From the NCBI RefSeq assembly GCF_009914755.1, contig NC_060928.1: DNA of 64,000 nt. One strand, given 5' to 3'. Every line of letters begins with the position of its first letter. Position 1 is the stretch's first letter. This stretch comes from the human T2T-CHM13v2.0 reference genome, Homo sapiens. Below, one piece after another: positions 1 through 11,610 of this stretch. A program made the translations under genes and the position numbers. The notes below the pieces were generated by a model. The model was not told the origin of the DNA, made no database searches, and saw only the letters and a list, made by a program, of their open reading frames with translations.

Positions 1-879
1 ATATGCATACAACTTTTTTAGGCCCAGCTGTGTGTGTCTTCTGTATCCTTCAGGAATTCAGTCATCAATAGGGGAGGAGGAGGGATGGAAGAGGAGAGAG
101 AGTAAATGCAGAGGAAAAATTCATAGCATAGATTCAGAGACTTTTTTCCCTGACTTTGAGGATTGCAATATACAATATGGTATATTGTACTAACATAGTG
201 GTATTCTCAGCTTCTTTTCAAATAAAAATCTCTTTGAATTTCAGTTGAAGTGTGAAATTTTGAGCTTGAGCGATTGTTGCTCTGACATAGCCACTTTTCT
301 GAACACAAGGAAACTGGGATGAAAAAGATCACAGCCCCATTTACTTCACTGTGATACAGTCAAAAGCCGGTAGGAGGAGCATTCCCGGGAGAGGTAGCCA
401 AGAAGTAACCCTATGTGTTCTTTCCAGCTGAGAACTGAAACATAAAACATCTTAGTTTGCTTCTGATGCAAAGTTAATGCTTCTGGAACTAGAAGCAAGA
501 GGAGCAAAGAATGCACATCTGATTGACTGTGTGATTGAATTAAGAGAAATAATGTCATCTGTTGCTTTAAGACAAAGAGGAAGCTATGTGAATCATTACC
601 TAATACATATTTCTTAGGCTAGGTTTTCTCTAGTGGAAGCTCTTAATCTACATTTGGTTTTTAAAAACAAGTTATACTTCAAAATTAAAAATTTTATAAA
701 TATAAAAGCAATTACAAAATTACTTCAATCTGGAATGTTTTTGATTCAATTATAAATATATTAAACATACTACAGGAAGGAGATGAAGATACAATGCAAA
801 AACATGGCACAATTTTACCTTTTTTTCTTATTAAATCTTTTAAAATATAGTTTCACTGAACTTTCCCACTTCTCACTGA

Positions 880-1229
<350 letters not shown>

Positions 1230-3285
1230 TTAGATGTAAGTCTTATGTAAATTTAGCTTTTCCCCCTTTCATTGTAATTTCTTCAGAGTACTTTTTCTAA
1301 TGTTGTTTTCTCTTTTCTGCTGTTTTAAACACTATGAATATTTTTGTTTGAAGACTCTTCTGTAGTGGGAATGTCCTGAAACTTCAGGCCCCTAAAGGAT
1401 TTTAGATTATAAAATGTAAGTGACTTAGTCACTGACTATATTATGCTTATAACAGCTAAGACCTCACAGATCTTTCAGGCACATGTGTATGCATAGATTT
1501 ATTAAAATTCATCTGGAGAGAAACTTTCGCAAAAATGCATCATTCATTCCTGCTCCTTAAAAACAAACAAAATTAAAAAGAAAACCATTTTTTAAGCACT
1601 TACTATGTGCAAAGTTCTGCAACAGTGGGGGAAAAATAAATCTGCATATGAATGACTAGAATAATTAATTTTTTTCTATGGTTTTCTAGGACAATGTTTG
1701 TTCATTTCATAGTATCTGGCTTTTTTTTTAAGCTTATATTGGTTTACCCCCACTGAAAAAAAATTGAGAACACAATACAGAAGAGGGGTTAATTGCCTAA
1801 GCTTGCATCAGAAATGCTTGACAGCCCATGGCAGCATTGAATTGAATCAAAGAAAAACTAAGAGTTGGATGATACAGCTTTTAAAACTATGGTGGATAAG
1901 GATGTATAGCATATTTTCAGGAAAGAGAAGAATCAATGATGTACCACTCAATAAAAGGAAAAAAAGATAATAGTGAATAGAAATAAGCTGTAATATTTTT
2001 TGCTAAGGAAAGTGTTGTCTTGATATGAATAGATTCAATGTGAGGGACAGAAATGATGCTGCATTTTGTTTTGGTATTCCTCCCTGTCATTGCTGCAGTT
2101 GAAAAGCAGTCATTTCTAAGAACTTGAGAGGTATTTCTCAGCAGTCACTATAATGTTTACCCTCAGGGATTTGGGTCCAACAACTTCAGCAACCAAATTG
2201 GCTTAAAGACATTTCATCTCAAAAGGTCTCTGTCATGTTCAAAAAGAGCAAATCATCCTTAATCTACTGTTTAAATTGAAAGTGAAAGACAGTAGACATT
2301 AACCTGAGGTCTCCACTCCAGTCACATTGCACAATTGCATTAAAATGCCCTGGTTAGAATGACAGTCTATAACAACACTCTGGTGCTGCTGCTTTAAAAT
2401 ATTAATCATCCTCTTTGTAATCCTGGAAGACGGTATGCAAGAGAAGAAACACAGTAACAAATGAAGGTAATAATGGGGACATTCCATTTGAGCCTTGAGA
2501 AATGTCTTACACAATGGGAGAAAATATTCAGACCATAAAAATACTGTGATTATTGCGTCACCAGACTCTGTGTGCTGAGCAGGACACGCTGTCTTTGTCC
2601 CTCTCAGACCCCGGAACGTAGGTATATGTTATCCCCATTTCAAAGATAAGAACACTAGGACACACATTTCTTTTTGCTACAAATTGACACATTCATATTC
2701 TCAGTAAAATAAAACCAAATGGAAGAGAAGATGAGAGAAATCTCCCAGGCAGACACAGTGGTTTATTTTTGAGCCAGTCTAATAACTTTGAGTGCTTCAG
2801 TCTCAGGTTTTTGCTTATTCTGCCAAGTCCTACTGCTTTTTTCTTTTAATCAGCCATCATTTTTTCTAAAGGACTGTGTTTCCATTCAAGATGTAAGCTA
2901 GAATGGTGTTTCTGAAACCATGTGGAAGTAAAATTGAGTCATGGCACACTGTGAGGAATATGACCCTGGGGTGCCCAGGGATAAAGGGCCCAGGCTGCTT
3001 GTGGGGTATTGAGAGGTTTGCTGGAATAATGGTCTGCATGCTGACCTTCTCAGCAGCTTCTAGCACTTGCAGTCTTAGCCACATAGACAGTATGTATGTT
3101 CAGCATCATGTAAGACTCTGAAATAAATCTTTACCTACCTTTATCTACCTTTGTCTAAAACTTGGACAGAGGTAGATAGAGTCTCAAGAAAGTAGGTACA
3201 AGTTTAACAGCAAGTTACCCTAGTTCATGGACTTCACTGGCCCTTGAACCCTAGTTCTTAATCACAGTCTCCGAACTGCCAGTCA

Positions 3286-3490
3286 CTGTGGTACAGAGGC
3301 AAGAAGATAGGCTGTAGTTGCAGTTACCAAGTGGTTGTACTTGATAACGTTTTTAACCTCAATGAGACGTATTTGCTTCCTAGGTAAAAACACAGATTAT
3401 AAAACTCAGTTTACGAGGTTGCTTTGAGGACTCAATACTAAAATGCTCCTGCCACAGTCCCTGATACAGCGGAGGCTCAATAAATATTGA
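3286..3490 (+). mobile_element. MIR SINE, degenerate
   Basis: MIR-like core and 3' end (GAGGTTGCTTTGAGGACTCAAT...GGAGGCTCAATAAATATT). Confidence 0.6.
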
Positions 3491-3674
3491 TCTTAATTGC
3501 TTTCTCTTTTTAATTGCAATGACTATACCTGAGTCTGAATGGGTATGCAGTGGTGGCAGAGACTGTGTTTTATTTGTGGCAATAACTTTAGCTTCCAGCC
3601 AAGTGCCTGGAGCACAGCAGGAGCTCAGGCGATGAGATGTCTAATCTCATAACAGACTCTCCTTGTTTACAATG

Positions 3675-3860
3675 CTTCAGACACAGTGGCCTTTTCTCTG
3701 TTCCTTGAATCTCCCTAGCTTCTGCTGTATCACTTTGGAATTGCTCTTCTTCTGGCTGGAGTGCTATTTCTTACAACTTTTTGTGTACTGACCTCCTTCT
3801 TGTTGTTTGAGTGCCAGCTTAATGGTGTGCTAGTGTGTCTTCTCAGTGAGGCGTTCCTTT
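3675..3860 (+). mobile_element. L2 fragment, left part of an L2 split by an LTR-like insert
   Basis: L2 3'-region-like text (GGCCTTTTCTCTGTTCCTTGAA...TTCTCAGTGAGGCGTTCC); L2-like sequence resumes at about 4530. Confidence 0.55.
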
Positions 3861-3863
3861 TAT

Positions 3864-3896
3864 ACACACATACACACACACGGGCACACACACACA
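3864..3896. repeat. Imperfect (CA)n microsatellite
   Basis: ACACACATACACACACACGGGCACACACACACA read directly. Confidence 0.85.
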
Positions 3897-3905
3897 GCTT
3901 TCTTC

Positions 3906-4529
3906 TAAGTGGGAGTCCTTTTCCAGGCCCAAATTCTACATGTGATCTTTCAGGCACAAGTATAGGCAATTACAAGGCTTTGCTGGGCAGGCCTTAGGGT
4001 GGGAGTGGGAAGATGAGCGCTGTCTCTACACCATAGCCATTGCATTGCAGTTTCTGATTCTTTTCTGGAGGTAGTTTGTAGTCAAGGACTTAGCATAGCA
4101 TCCCCTCCCCCAGCCAGCAACAATGCTTATACTCTCAGAGGCATATCTGCATTGCTAGCCTAGGCCCCTGCATTTGAAGGCCTCTTTGTCTATCAGGGAC
4201 CTTGGCTCAGCACATGTATTTTGACTAAGTACCTTTACACTCCTAGCTCTTCCCCCTCCTCCTCCAGCCCATAGATACATAAAGAGGCAGGAGCCCTTTG
4301 TTTGGGGCTTCTAGGCAGTGAGATAGATGATTCTCCCACCTGCACTTCATCCATCTGACCCCATGTTCTGTGCTGTTCTATGGGGGAAAATGGAACATTG
4401 GTGAGCCAGTGTTTATTTTGCCTCTTGTTTTCATTGCTGGCAGCAAGTGATTAAAGCCTTGGTTGTTACTTTCAGTTTGGTTCATTATCCTAATTTACCA
4501 CCTCTATACTGATTGCTAAGAACTTACCA
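3906..4529 (+). mobile_element. Putative old solo LTR (ERVL/MER70-like, family uncertain)
   Basis: GC-richer ~620-bp block interrupting L2-like sequence, TATA-like ACATAAAG near 4277, ATTAAA at about 4450, ends in CA; family from memory only, no TSD resolved. Confidence 0.45.
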
Positions 4530-4706
4530 TATTGGAAATGATCTTGTTTACTCATGTTTTTTTCACTGTCTCCATTTCCTGACTTGAATGCATGCTACAT
4601 GATTCCAGGGACCTTGTCTGATCTGTCTCCTACTATACCTACAATACCTAGAAGAATAGCTGGCACATGCTAAGTTTTCCATAAAATATGAACACCAAAT
4701 AAATGG
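4530..4706 (+). mobile_element. L2 3' end
   Basis: CAGGGACCTTGTCTG...CCTAGAAGAATAGCTGGCACATG...AAATAAATG resembles the L2 3' terminus. Confidence 0.65.
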
Positions 4707-5022
4707 TAGCTACATATTTGGTCAACTGCTTCATCTGGGTTCTTCCCAGTAAGAAACTCTACGTGTGCCATGCTTTTCACAAGGATAGAAATAAAACTCA
4801 GGCCTTTAAGACCAGTCCTCAGGTCTTCCGCCTTTTTCCAACAGATCTATTTTACACCGGAGTTATATTTCACCTGCCTTGACATTCATCCACTGCCTCT
4901 TGTAAGGCCACTTGAAATAACATTCCATGTAGCTTACTGTGTGTGGCCTACACTTAGAATTTCCACTTGTTCGACTGATTACTAGTTGGCTAGGACATTC
5001 TTCAGTGGCTTGTTAAGTTTTC

Positions 5023-5288
5023 GTTGTTGTTGTTGTTGTTTTTTGAGTCAGAATCTTGTTCTGTCACCCAGGCTGGAGCGCGGTGGCAGGATCTTGGCTC
5101 ACTATAACCTCCGCCTCCCTGGTTCAAGTAATTCTCCTGCCTCAGCCTCCCGAGTAGCTGGGATTACAGCCATGCACCACCATGGCCTGGTACTTTTTGT
5201 ATTTTTGGTAGAGATTGGGTTTTGCCATGTTGGCCAGGCGGGTCTCAAACTCCTGGCCTCAAGTGATCTGCATGCCTTAGCCTCCTGA
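5023..5288 (-). mobile_element. AluS SINE, slightly 5'-truncated, (GTT)n tail
   Basis: Alu reverse complement 5045-5288, stops after GCCTTAGCCTCC; tail is (GTT)n at 5023-5040. Confidence 0.9.
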
Positions 5289-5358
5289 ATTTTTCTTCCC
5301 TTATTAACACCCCATCTCTATAGGTCTTTCTTCTCCTGGGTCCTGGGAATCTTACATT

Positions 5359-5396
5359 TGACCCATTTTACTTGTTATGACCCATTTTACTTGTTA
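5359..5396. repeat. Perfect 19-bp tandem duplication
   Basis: TGACCCATTTTACTTGTTA at 5359-5377 and 5378-5396. Confidence 0.95.
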
Positions 5397-5419
5397 CAAA
5401 AAGAGGGTAAACTCTAAAT

Positions 5420-5620
5420 CAGAGGTTAGCAAATTGTAGCCAATGGGCCAAATCCAGTATGTGACCTGTTTTTGTACATCCCTGGAGCTGTAAGAATGGT
5501 TTTTACATTTTTTTAAAGAATTGTTAAAAGAAAAAGAGTATGTGACAGAGACAGTACGTGGCCAATAAGCCTAAAATATTTACTATCTGGCCCTTTGCAG
5601 GAAAAGATTGCTGATACCTG
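5420..5620 (+). mobile_element. MER58 (MER58C-like) hAT-Charlie MITE
   Basis: Imperfect TIRs CAGAGGTTAGCAAATT / GATTGCTGATACCTG; MER58 hallmark AAGCCTAAAATATTTACTATCTGGCCCTTT; degenerate 8-bp TSD CTCTAAAT / CTCCAAAA. Confidence 0.85.
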
Positions 5621-6872
5621 CTCCAAAATGTATCCAGCCAGCCCCCATGGTGCCAACACCCACAGTTGCACTAGTTAGCAGCCAAAAGGCTGTACTGATA
5701 TGTCTAGCTAACCTCCAATGAAGGCTATTCATCTAATTACAGGAGAAATAAGCTCTACTGTGCTTGGCTTCTATACCAGGGATTTAAGCTTTTCAAGGTG
5801 ACTTGAATCTGGGAACAAAGTTTCACTTGACACTTCAAATAGTAAGCAGAATCTACTATGTAAAAATCTTCTAATCGCAGCAGAGTTGAAGACCTCCTTT
5901 GGATTTAAGGGTATAGTGTTTGTTACTTTAGTTCTCTGCATCTTAGGTGCTGGAGGCAATTATTTGCAGCAATTTACTCTACAGGTCATTAATGAAATGG
6001 ACAGTGCTAAGTTTCTAAATCCATGCTGACAAACATAAGAAGGGTGACCAAGGTGGGAAGGAAAGGGATTATAAAACCAAGGAGCACATTTGCCAAGACA
6101 TACATATTGGAAATAAAGAGCTACATGGAATTCCACCAAATTTTTGTTGTTTTGATTAAAATGTCTGAAGAAAGAGTTGGCTGCATTTAGCAAGCATAGA
6201 ATTGTCCTTTTAGCTGTAATGGGTGACAACAGCATTCAACAAACATTTATTGAACAGCTATTGTTTACTGGGCACTGTTCTAGGTATTGGAGTTAAACCA
6301 ATGCACCAAATAATGTTTCTTCCTTGACCCATTCTTCTAGTGTGGGAGGCTGGCATATGTCAGGTGGTGGTAAGTGCTATGGAGGTAAATATAGTATAAT
6401 AAGGAGATAAAAAGAGTCAAAGATGGAGTGTTACCCCGTTATATGAGTTTAAGAAAAGCCTGTCTGATGAAACAAAGTAGATCAGAGATAGGAAGGAAGT
6501 CTGTGACAATATTTGGACAAGAACATTTTATGCAGAAGAAACTGCAACAGCCAAGGTACCAAGGTGACAAGGTTGGTCTTTTCATAGAATAGCAAGGAAA
6601 TCATCGAAAGTCAGTAGAGAACAAAGGGGAGAGTGGAGAAGGTGAGGTCAAAGAAGCCTCAGGGAACCAGAACTAGAGGGCACTGAGGATTTTGCCTTTT
6701 ATTCTGAATGAGACAGGAAGCAACTGAGGGCTCTCAGCATAGAATGGCAGTGATCTGACTTAGACTTTAAAAGGATTGTTGTGACTTATCTCTGTGGAGA
6801 ATAGTTTTGAGAGAGCAAGGGTAAAAACAAGGATTTTAGTTAGAAAGCTGTTTCAATAATCTCAGAAATGAT

Positions 6873-7275
6873 TATTATAGCATGATAGGTCCCCCACCAG
6901 ACTACATAAGGGTGTATGTTCCCCTGCCTGAACCCTGAAGGCTGGGCAGTGAGCCAAGACCATGGTGCCTAGCCAAGGAGCAGGTGTCCCTGAGAACCCA
7001 AACATCCCAGAGAGTATATGAGAACCCACTGAGAAAAAGAGTCTTATCAAAGCTCAACCACAAAAGGCAAGGAGCAAGAAAATTAGTTAAAAGCAGCTTA
7101 GTAATGTGAGGCTGCATGGATCTCTAGAGCTGTCCTGCCACCAGCCAGGGGTGTGCTGTATGTAAGTCTTAATACATTCATCTTGTCAAACTGGACTTGC
7201 CTGAGTCATTCTTTGGTCTCTCAGCTCCTTCCCAATTTGGAGGGGACATTAGCATCCCAAATTTTTCCTGTAACA
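6873..7275 (+). mobile_element. Solo ERVL LTR (LTR47-like)
   Basis: 403-bp block ending TAACA with CTGAACCCTGAAGGCTGGGCAGTGAGCCAAG...GAGAACCCAAACATCCC; near-perfect 5-bp TSD ATGAT (6868-6872) / GTGAT (7276-7280); flanks rejoin as L2. Confidence 0.75.
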
Positions 7276-8047
7276 GTGATAGTCAGGACTGAGGTGGTAG
7301 CAGTAAAGGTAGTAAGATGGTTATTTTAATAGGATGGTTATTTTAAGAAGAGTAAAGGTAGTAAGATGATTATGTTAAAAATCTATAGCCTATAGGTTTT
7401 GTTGGTGGATTGGACACAATGTATGAGAAAGAGAGAGAGTCAAAGATGACTCCAAAGATTTTGTCTAGAAAAAAATGGAACCATGAAGTTGACATTTGCT
7501 GAGCTGGACAAAAATATGAGAGATACAGGGTTGGTGGGGGTAAATGGGAAGTTTGGTTTTGGATCTGGTAATATTGAGACAACCAGGTAGAGATGTGGAA
7601 GACACAGATGAATATATACATGTCAGAGGGACATGTCTAGGCTGCAAATATTTATTTGAGGGTTGCCATTTTTTTAGATTGTACTTAAAAGCATGAAATA
7701 GAATGAGGTCCCCCAGGGAGTTTGTGTGCTTAGAGATGAGAAGATGCCTGAGAACTAAGCTCTGGGTTGCAGGTGGAGAGGATGTAGTGGAACAAGCAAA
7801 GAAGACTGAGAACAACCAGCCAGTAAAGTACAGGGGGAGCTGAGGGAGATGTGGTAGTCAGAAACCAAGTGAAGAGAATATGTTGAGGAGGGTATGAGCA
7901 ATTCTGTCAAAAGCTGCTGATGTGGAGTAAAATTGATATTATATTTAGCAATATAGTAGCTATCAGAAACTTTGGTGACAGGTTAGGGGATGGAAAGGGC
8001 TCAACAGACTATGAAAGAAGACAGTATGGAACTCTCTTGTAAATTAC

Positions 8048-8512
8048 TTTTTAAAACAAACTTTGGTAAGTTTTATTAAAGAAAAATTTTGCATGGTTTA
8101 CTTTTCACCCATCTGTTCTGGCATGCTTCTAAGGATATCAGCCACCTAGATCAGTGACAGCCAGTGTACATACTCTGCAGTATTTTCTGCACACTGACCA
8201 AATTCAATATTCTTAGTGATGGATGCCAATTTTGGCCAACATGCTGTAGTACTCTATTTGGGAATTCCTCAAAGCTGGGCAGGAAGAATGTTGGCAAGGA
8301 AGAGCAATTTCACTTGGTCTTGCATGATCGAATTCAGAGTTTTCTTGTACCCAAGCACATACTTTCCACTTTTAATAACGAGTTGAAGCCTAGAGTTGAT
8401 GGACTTCAGTGACTTTTTAATCTCATGTTCTGCCACCGTCTTCTTGTTTTAAGGTGCAGGATGGCCCCCAGTCAGGAGCAGCTGTCAAGATGACCGGGGA
8501 GCGAGAAAGGAG
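8048..8512 (-). pseudogene. RPL30P: Processed pseudogene of ribosomal protein L30 (eL30), full length
   Basis: Minus strand reads 5'TOP-like CTCCTTTCTCGCTCCCCGG, then ACG (mutated start, 8439-8437) [34 protein letters not shown]... and ends DILRSMPEQMGEK-TAA (8100-8098), matching RPL30 ([28 protein letters not shown]...DIIRSMPEQTGEK); no introns, several indels, AATAAA at 8077-8072, short A remnant; specific RPL30P number not known. Confidence 0.95.
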
Positions 8513-9316
8513 AGCTGAAGGAATATGAAGGATGATTAAACAGACATAAGAGAAATTGGATGGTAACTCAAAAGCATATAGCTTCAAGGGAAACATTCTA
8601 AAGAGAGGCATTTTAGTATGTTTGTATGTTGATAGGGATGAGTAGTGAAGAAAATATTTTAAAAAGTAGAAGAGGAAGGGAACAATGGCTGGAATGGTGT
8701 GTTTGAACGCATGGTATCCAGAAGATAAGAGGGATTGGCCTTTCATAGGTGCATGGAGAGTATATTCACAAAAAAAGCAGAAGTAAAGCTAGACTAAGAA
8801 ATATGGTGATAAGAATGGGGAGAAACTTCTCTTAGTGCTTGTATTTTCCCAGTGAAATGGGAACCAGAGTCATCAGCCATGAAACAGAAAATATTGCAGG
8901 CTCAAAAAGTGTGGAATACAGGTGAGCTAGGCAACAACCAGCAGATCAGGAGTGAGGCCAACTGCAGCTGCTTATGAAGCTACAGCCCTGGAAGCAGTGT
9001 AGACAGAGCAGAAGCCCAAATGTGCTAAACATGGGGCCTGACTATCATGGAGCTTCAGGTTCAGGTGAAGTTACAAGATGAACTAGGTGTAGGCTTGAAA
9101 ACACTAACACTTATATGGCTACCTGTGTTTTTCTTTTAGAAGCAGAAAATAGCACCTATGCCAGTTTTGGAAGACCTCAGAATAGAGTGACACCCTGGCC
9201 TCTGGGATGGTTGTTCATTTTCTGACTCCACCAAGGCAAGGAAGTCATCAAAAGGGACGTGGGGAGTGTGGGGAAAAAATACATAAATCATGGGTAATTG
9301 GTTAAAATTCAAATCT

Positions 9317-9633
9317 GGCCGGGCACAGTGGCTCACGCCTGTAATCCCAGCACTTTGCGAGGCTGAGGCGGGTGGATCACCTGAGGTCAGGAGTTCGAGA
9401 CCAGCCTGACCAATATGGTGAAACCCTGTCTCTACTAAAAATGCAAAAATTATTTGGGCATGGTGGCATGCGCCTGTAAATCCCAGCTACTTGGAAGGCT
9501 GAGGCAGGTGAATCACTTGAACCTAGGAGGCAGAGGTTGCAGTGAGCAGAGATAGATCTTGCCACTGCACTCTAGCCTGGGTGACAGAGCTAGACTCCGT
9601 GTCAAAAAAAAAAAAAAAAAAAAGAAAAAGAAA
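9317..9633 (+). mobile_element. AluS (Sx/Sq-like) SINE, full length
   Basis: GGCCGGGCACAGTGGCTCACGCC...poly(A); 13-bp TSD AAAATTCAAATCT at 9304-9316 and 9634-9646; canonical TT/AAAA site. Confidence 0.96.
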
Positions 9634-10589
9634 AAAATTCAAATCTTACTTGTTTTGTGCTATTTTAGTGCAGCAACAAATCTTGTAAACTAAAAAAATT
9701 TGGGGTGAAATAGTAACATCTTAGCACTCCTATGAAGTTTAACTTGTTTTATAGTTAATTTGTCTGGACCCAGGTTAGTCATCTTTCTGGGACCCATATT
9801 ATTAATTTGCCCAGGGTTTTGCAAAGTTATAACAAACATATAAAATGCTGCCTAGTTAACATCACCATTTCACCACTTATTTATTGGTAATCTTTTAAAG
9901 ACACATATATAAATATTAAATGTGTGCTTAATTGTATCTACAAATATTTGTGGAGACTTGTCATCACTGTGCTTTTTTATTTAGAGTGTAACAAGTCTGA
10001 GAATTGGAATAGCATGGTGTTAAAACCACTCTTTCAAGTTTAATTTTATGAATAAAAGGAAATTTTTAAAATGCTAGTTTTTCTGTGTTATGGTTCAAAT
10101 TTGTACTCTGAAATAACCTTTTTAAATTTCATTTACAACCTTGCTAAGATGAACTTTTTCCTCTTGTAACATTCTTAAGTATCAGAAAAACGTTTATATT
10201 CAGCTAGCTCTAAAGATCAATTTTAACATTTAACAGATGTATTGCAAGTACAAAAGGCATAATCTTATCAAACTCTTATTATGGAATTTCCCTGTATTTT
10301 ATAGTTTCTAATTTTCTCATTACCCATTTAGAATTTTGTTTAAGTTTAGACTTTGCTATTATTTAGTTCCATATGCAAAATATTGATATTTGGGTTAGAG
10401 AGGAGTGGTTGAATGGCTAGAAATACATAAGAACTAATCAGAGGGACCCATTAGTTCAGTTCACAACTGATTTTGGTGCATACCAAAATTAACCAAAACT
10501 TCATATTAAATTTTACCTTCACAAAAATTACAATGATACATTATAAACCTAGATGCTGCTGCTTACCAAAGAAACATGTCGTAGTAGGG

Positions 10590-10695
10590 GAACTCTTGGG
10601 TATGTTACATAACCAGCCTGAATCTCAGTTTCCTCCTCATATTGAGGGGACAAAGTGTGATGACCTTGAGGTCTAAGTTTTTCCAGCTCTAAGAT
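10590..10695 (+). mobile_element. MIR-family fragment
   Basis: CTCAGTTTCCTC core followed by GATGACCTTGAGGTC...TTCCAGCTCTAAGAT. Confidence 0.5.
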
Positions 10696-10934
10696 GCCAG
10701 GAATTCATTTGATGTCATGTAAGTCTTTGCACATGTAAAAGACACTGCCTAATGTTTATCTATTTGGTAAGCAAGACCAACCTTGCTTATCCCTTAAATG
10801 TTTCTTAGACTCATTATTTTCTCTCCTCTTTTCACTACCACCATTTTAGTCATGCTAGTCAGCATCTGGATTTTTGCAGTGGCTTTCAAGCTGGGTTTTC
10901 TCTGATGTCTATTTTATATCCCGATAACCGGATG

Positions 10935-11085
10935 TTTATTAATTCATTCGACAAATATTTATTAAATGTTGTACTATGTTCCAGCACTATTTTGTCTCAG
11001 CTGTGAGAAAAGCAGACAAAAACATTTTATTTCATAGAGCTTAGTTTCCAGCAAAGATTGAAAGATAATAATAAACCTATAAAAA

Positions 11086-11142
<57 letters not shown>

Positions 11143-11280
11143 AAATGGTCATAAGAATAAGGAAAATAGACAGAGTTGAAACTTAGGGAAAATTGGTGTG
11201 GGGGGATGGGATAGATTTATAATTTTAAATATGATAGGAAAGACCCACTAATAAAAATGACTTTTAAATGGAGACTGTTT
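10935..11280 (-). mobile_element. L2 3' fragment containing a (TG)n tract
   Basis: ATTCATTCGACAAATATTTATTAAATG...ACTATGTTCCAGCACT L2 tail on -. Confidence 0.6.
11087..11140. repeat. (TA)4(TG)23 microsatellite
   Basis: Read directly; TG run 11095-11140. Confidence 0.95.
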
Positions 11281-11429
11281 AAGCATTTATTGTGAGTGCC
11301 ACATTTAGTGAGTTCCAGATAATGTGATTCGCAAAGGTATTTTCAAGGGGAGGAAAATGTATAAATTTCAGAATTCAAGGAGTTTAGGGTCTAGTGGAGG
11401 AAATAAGCAAATAAACCATCAAGTAAAAA

Positions 11430-11610
11430 AGAGTCATCTATGATATAATGCCAAAAAGCATAAATCCAGATTCAATCTCTACCATTTCCCAGCTGTATAG
11501 CCTGGGAAATTTATTTAACATAGCTAGCTTCAGTGTGTTCATCTAGAAAATAAAGAGTATAATAGTACCCAACCCTGTGTCCTAAAATAATTACAAAGCT
11601 TAAATATGCT
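11430..11610 (+). mobile_element. MIR SINE
   Basis: CAGCTGTATAGCCTGGGAAATTTATTTAAC...CTTCAGTGTGTTCATCTAGAAAATAAAGAGTATAATAGTACC, MIR core-like. Confidence 0.6.

Larger units (their letters stand above)
6233..8900 (-). mobile_element. Long L2 remnant interrupted by an LTR and the RPL30 pseudogene
   Basis: Starts with L2 3' end on - (CATTCAACAAACATTTATTGAAC...GGCACTGTTCTAGG); purine-rich L2-like sequence continues 7276-8040 and about 8555-8900 (GTATGTTTGTATGTTGATAGGGATG; GAGGGATTGGCCTT). Confidence 0.75.

Noticed and set aside
381-392. STAT (GAS) site in ATTCCCGGGAGA
   Set aside because: Does not fit TTC-N3-GAA; isolated.
4986-5288. 100-aa ORF, and similar ORFs at 9377, 15616, 15641, 19442, 25785, 25973, 48482, 48526, 58523
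   Set aside because: Translations of antisense Alu sequence ([18 protein letters not shown] patterns), not genes.
5359-7378. Short direct repeats as a CRISPR-like array
   Set aside because: Only two or three adjacent copies, no unique spacers, no cas genes, primate context.
8164-8412. 82-aa ORF on +
   Set aside because: Antisense shadow of the RPL30 pseudogene.
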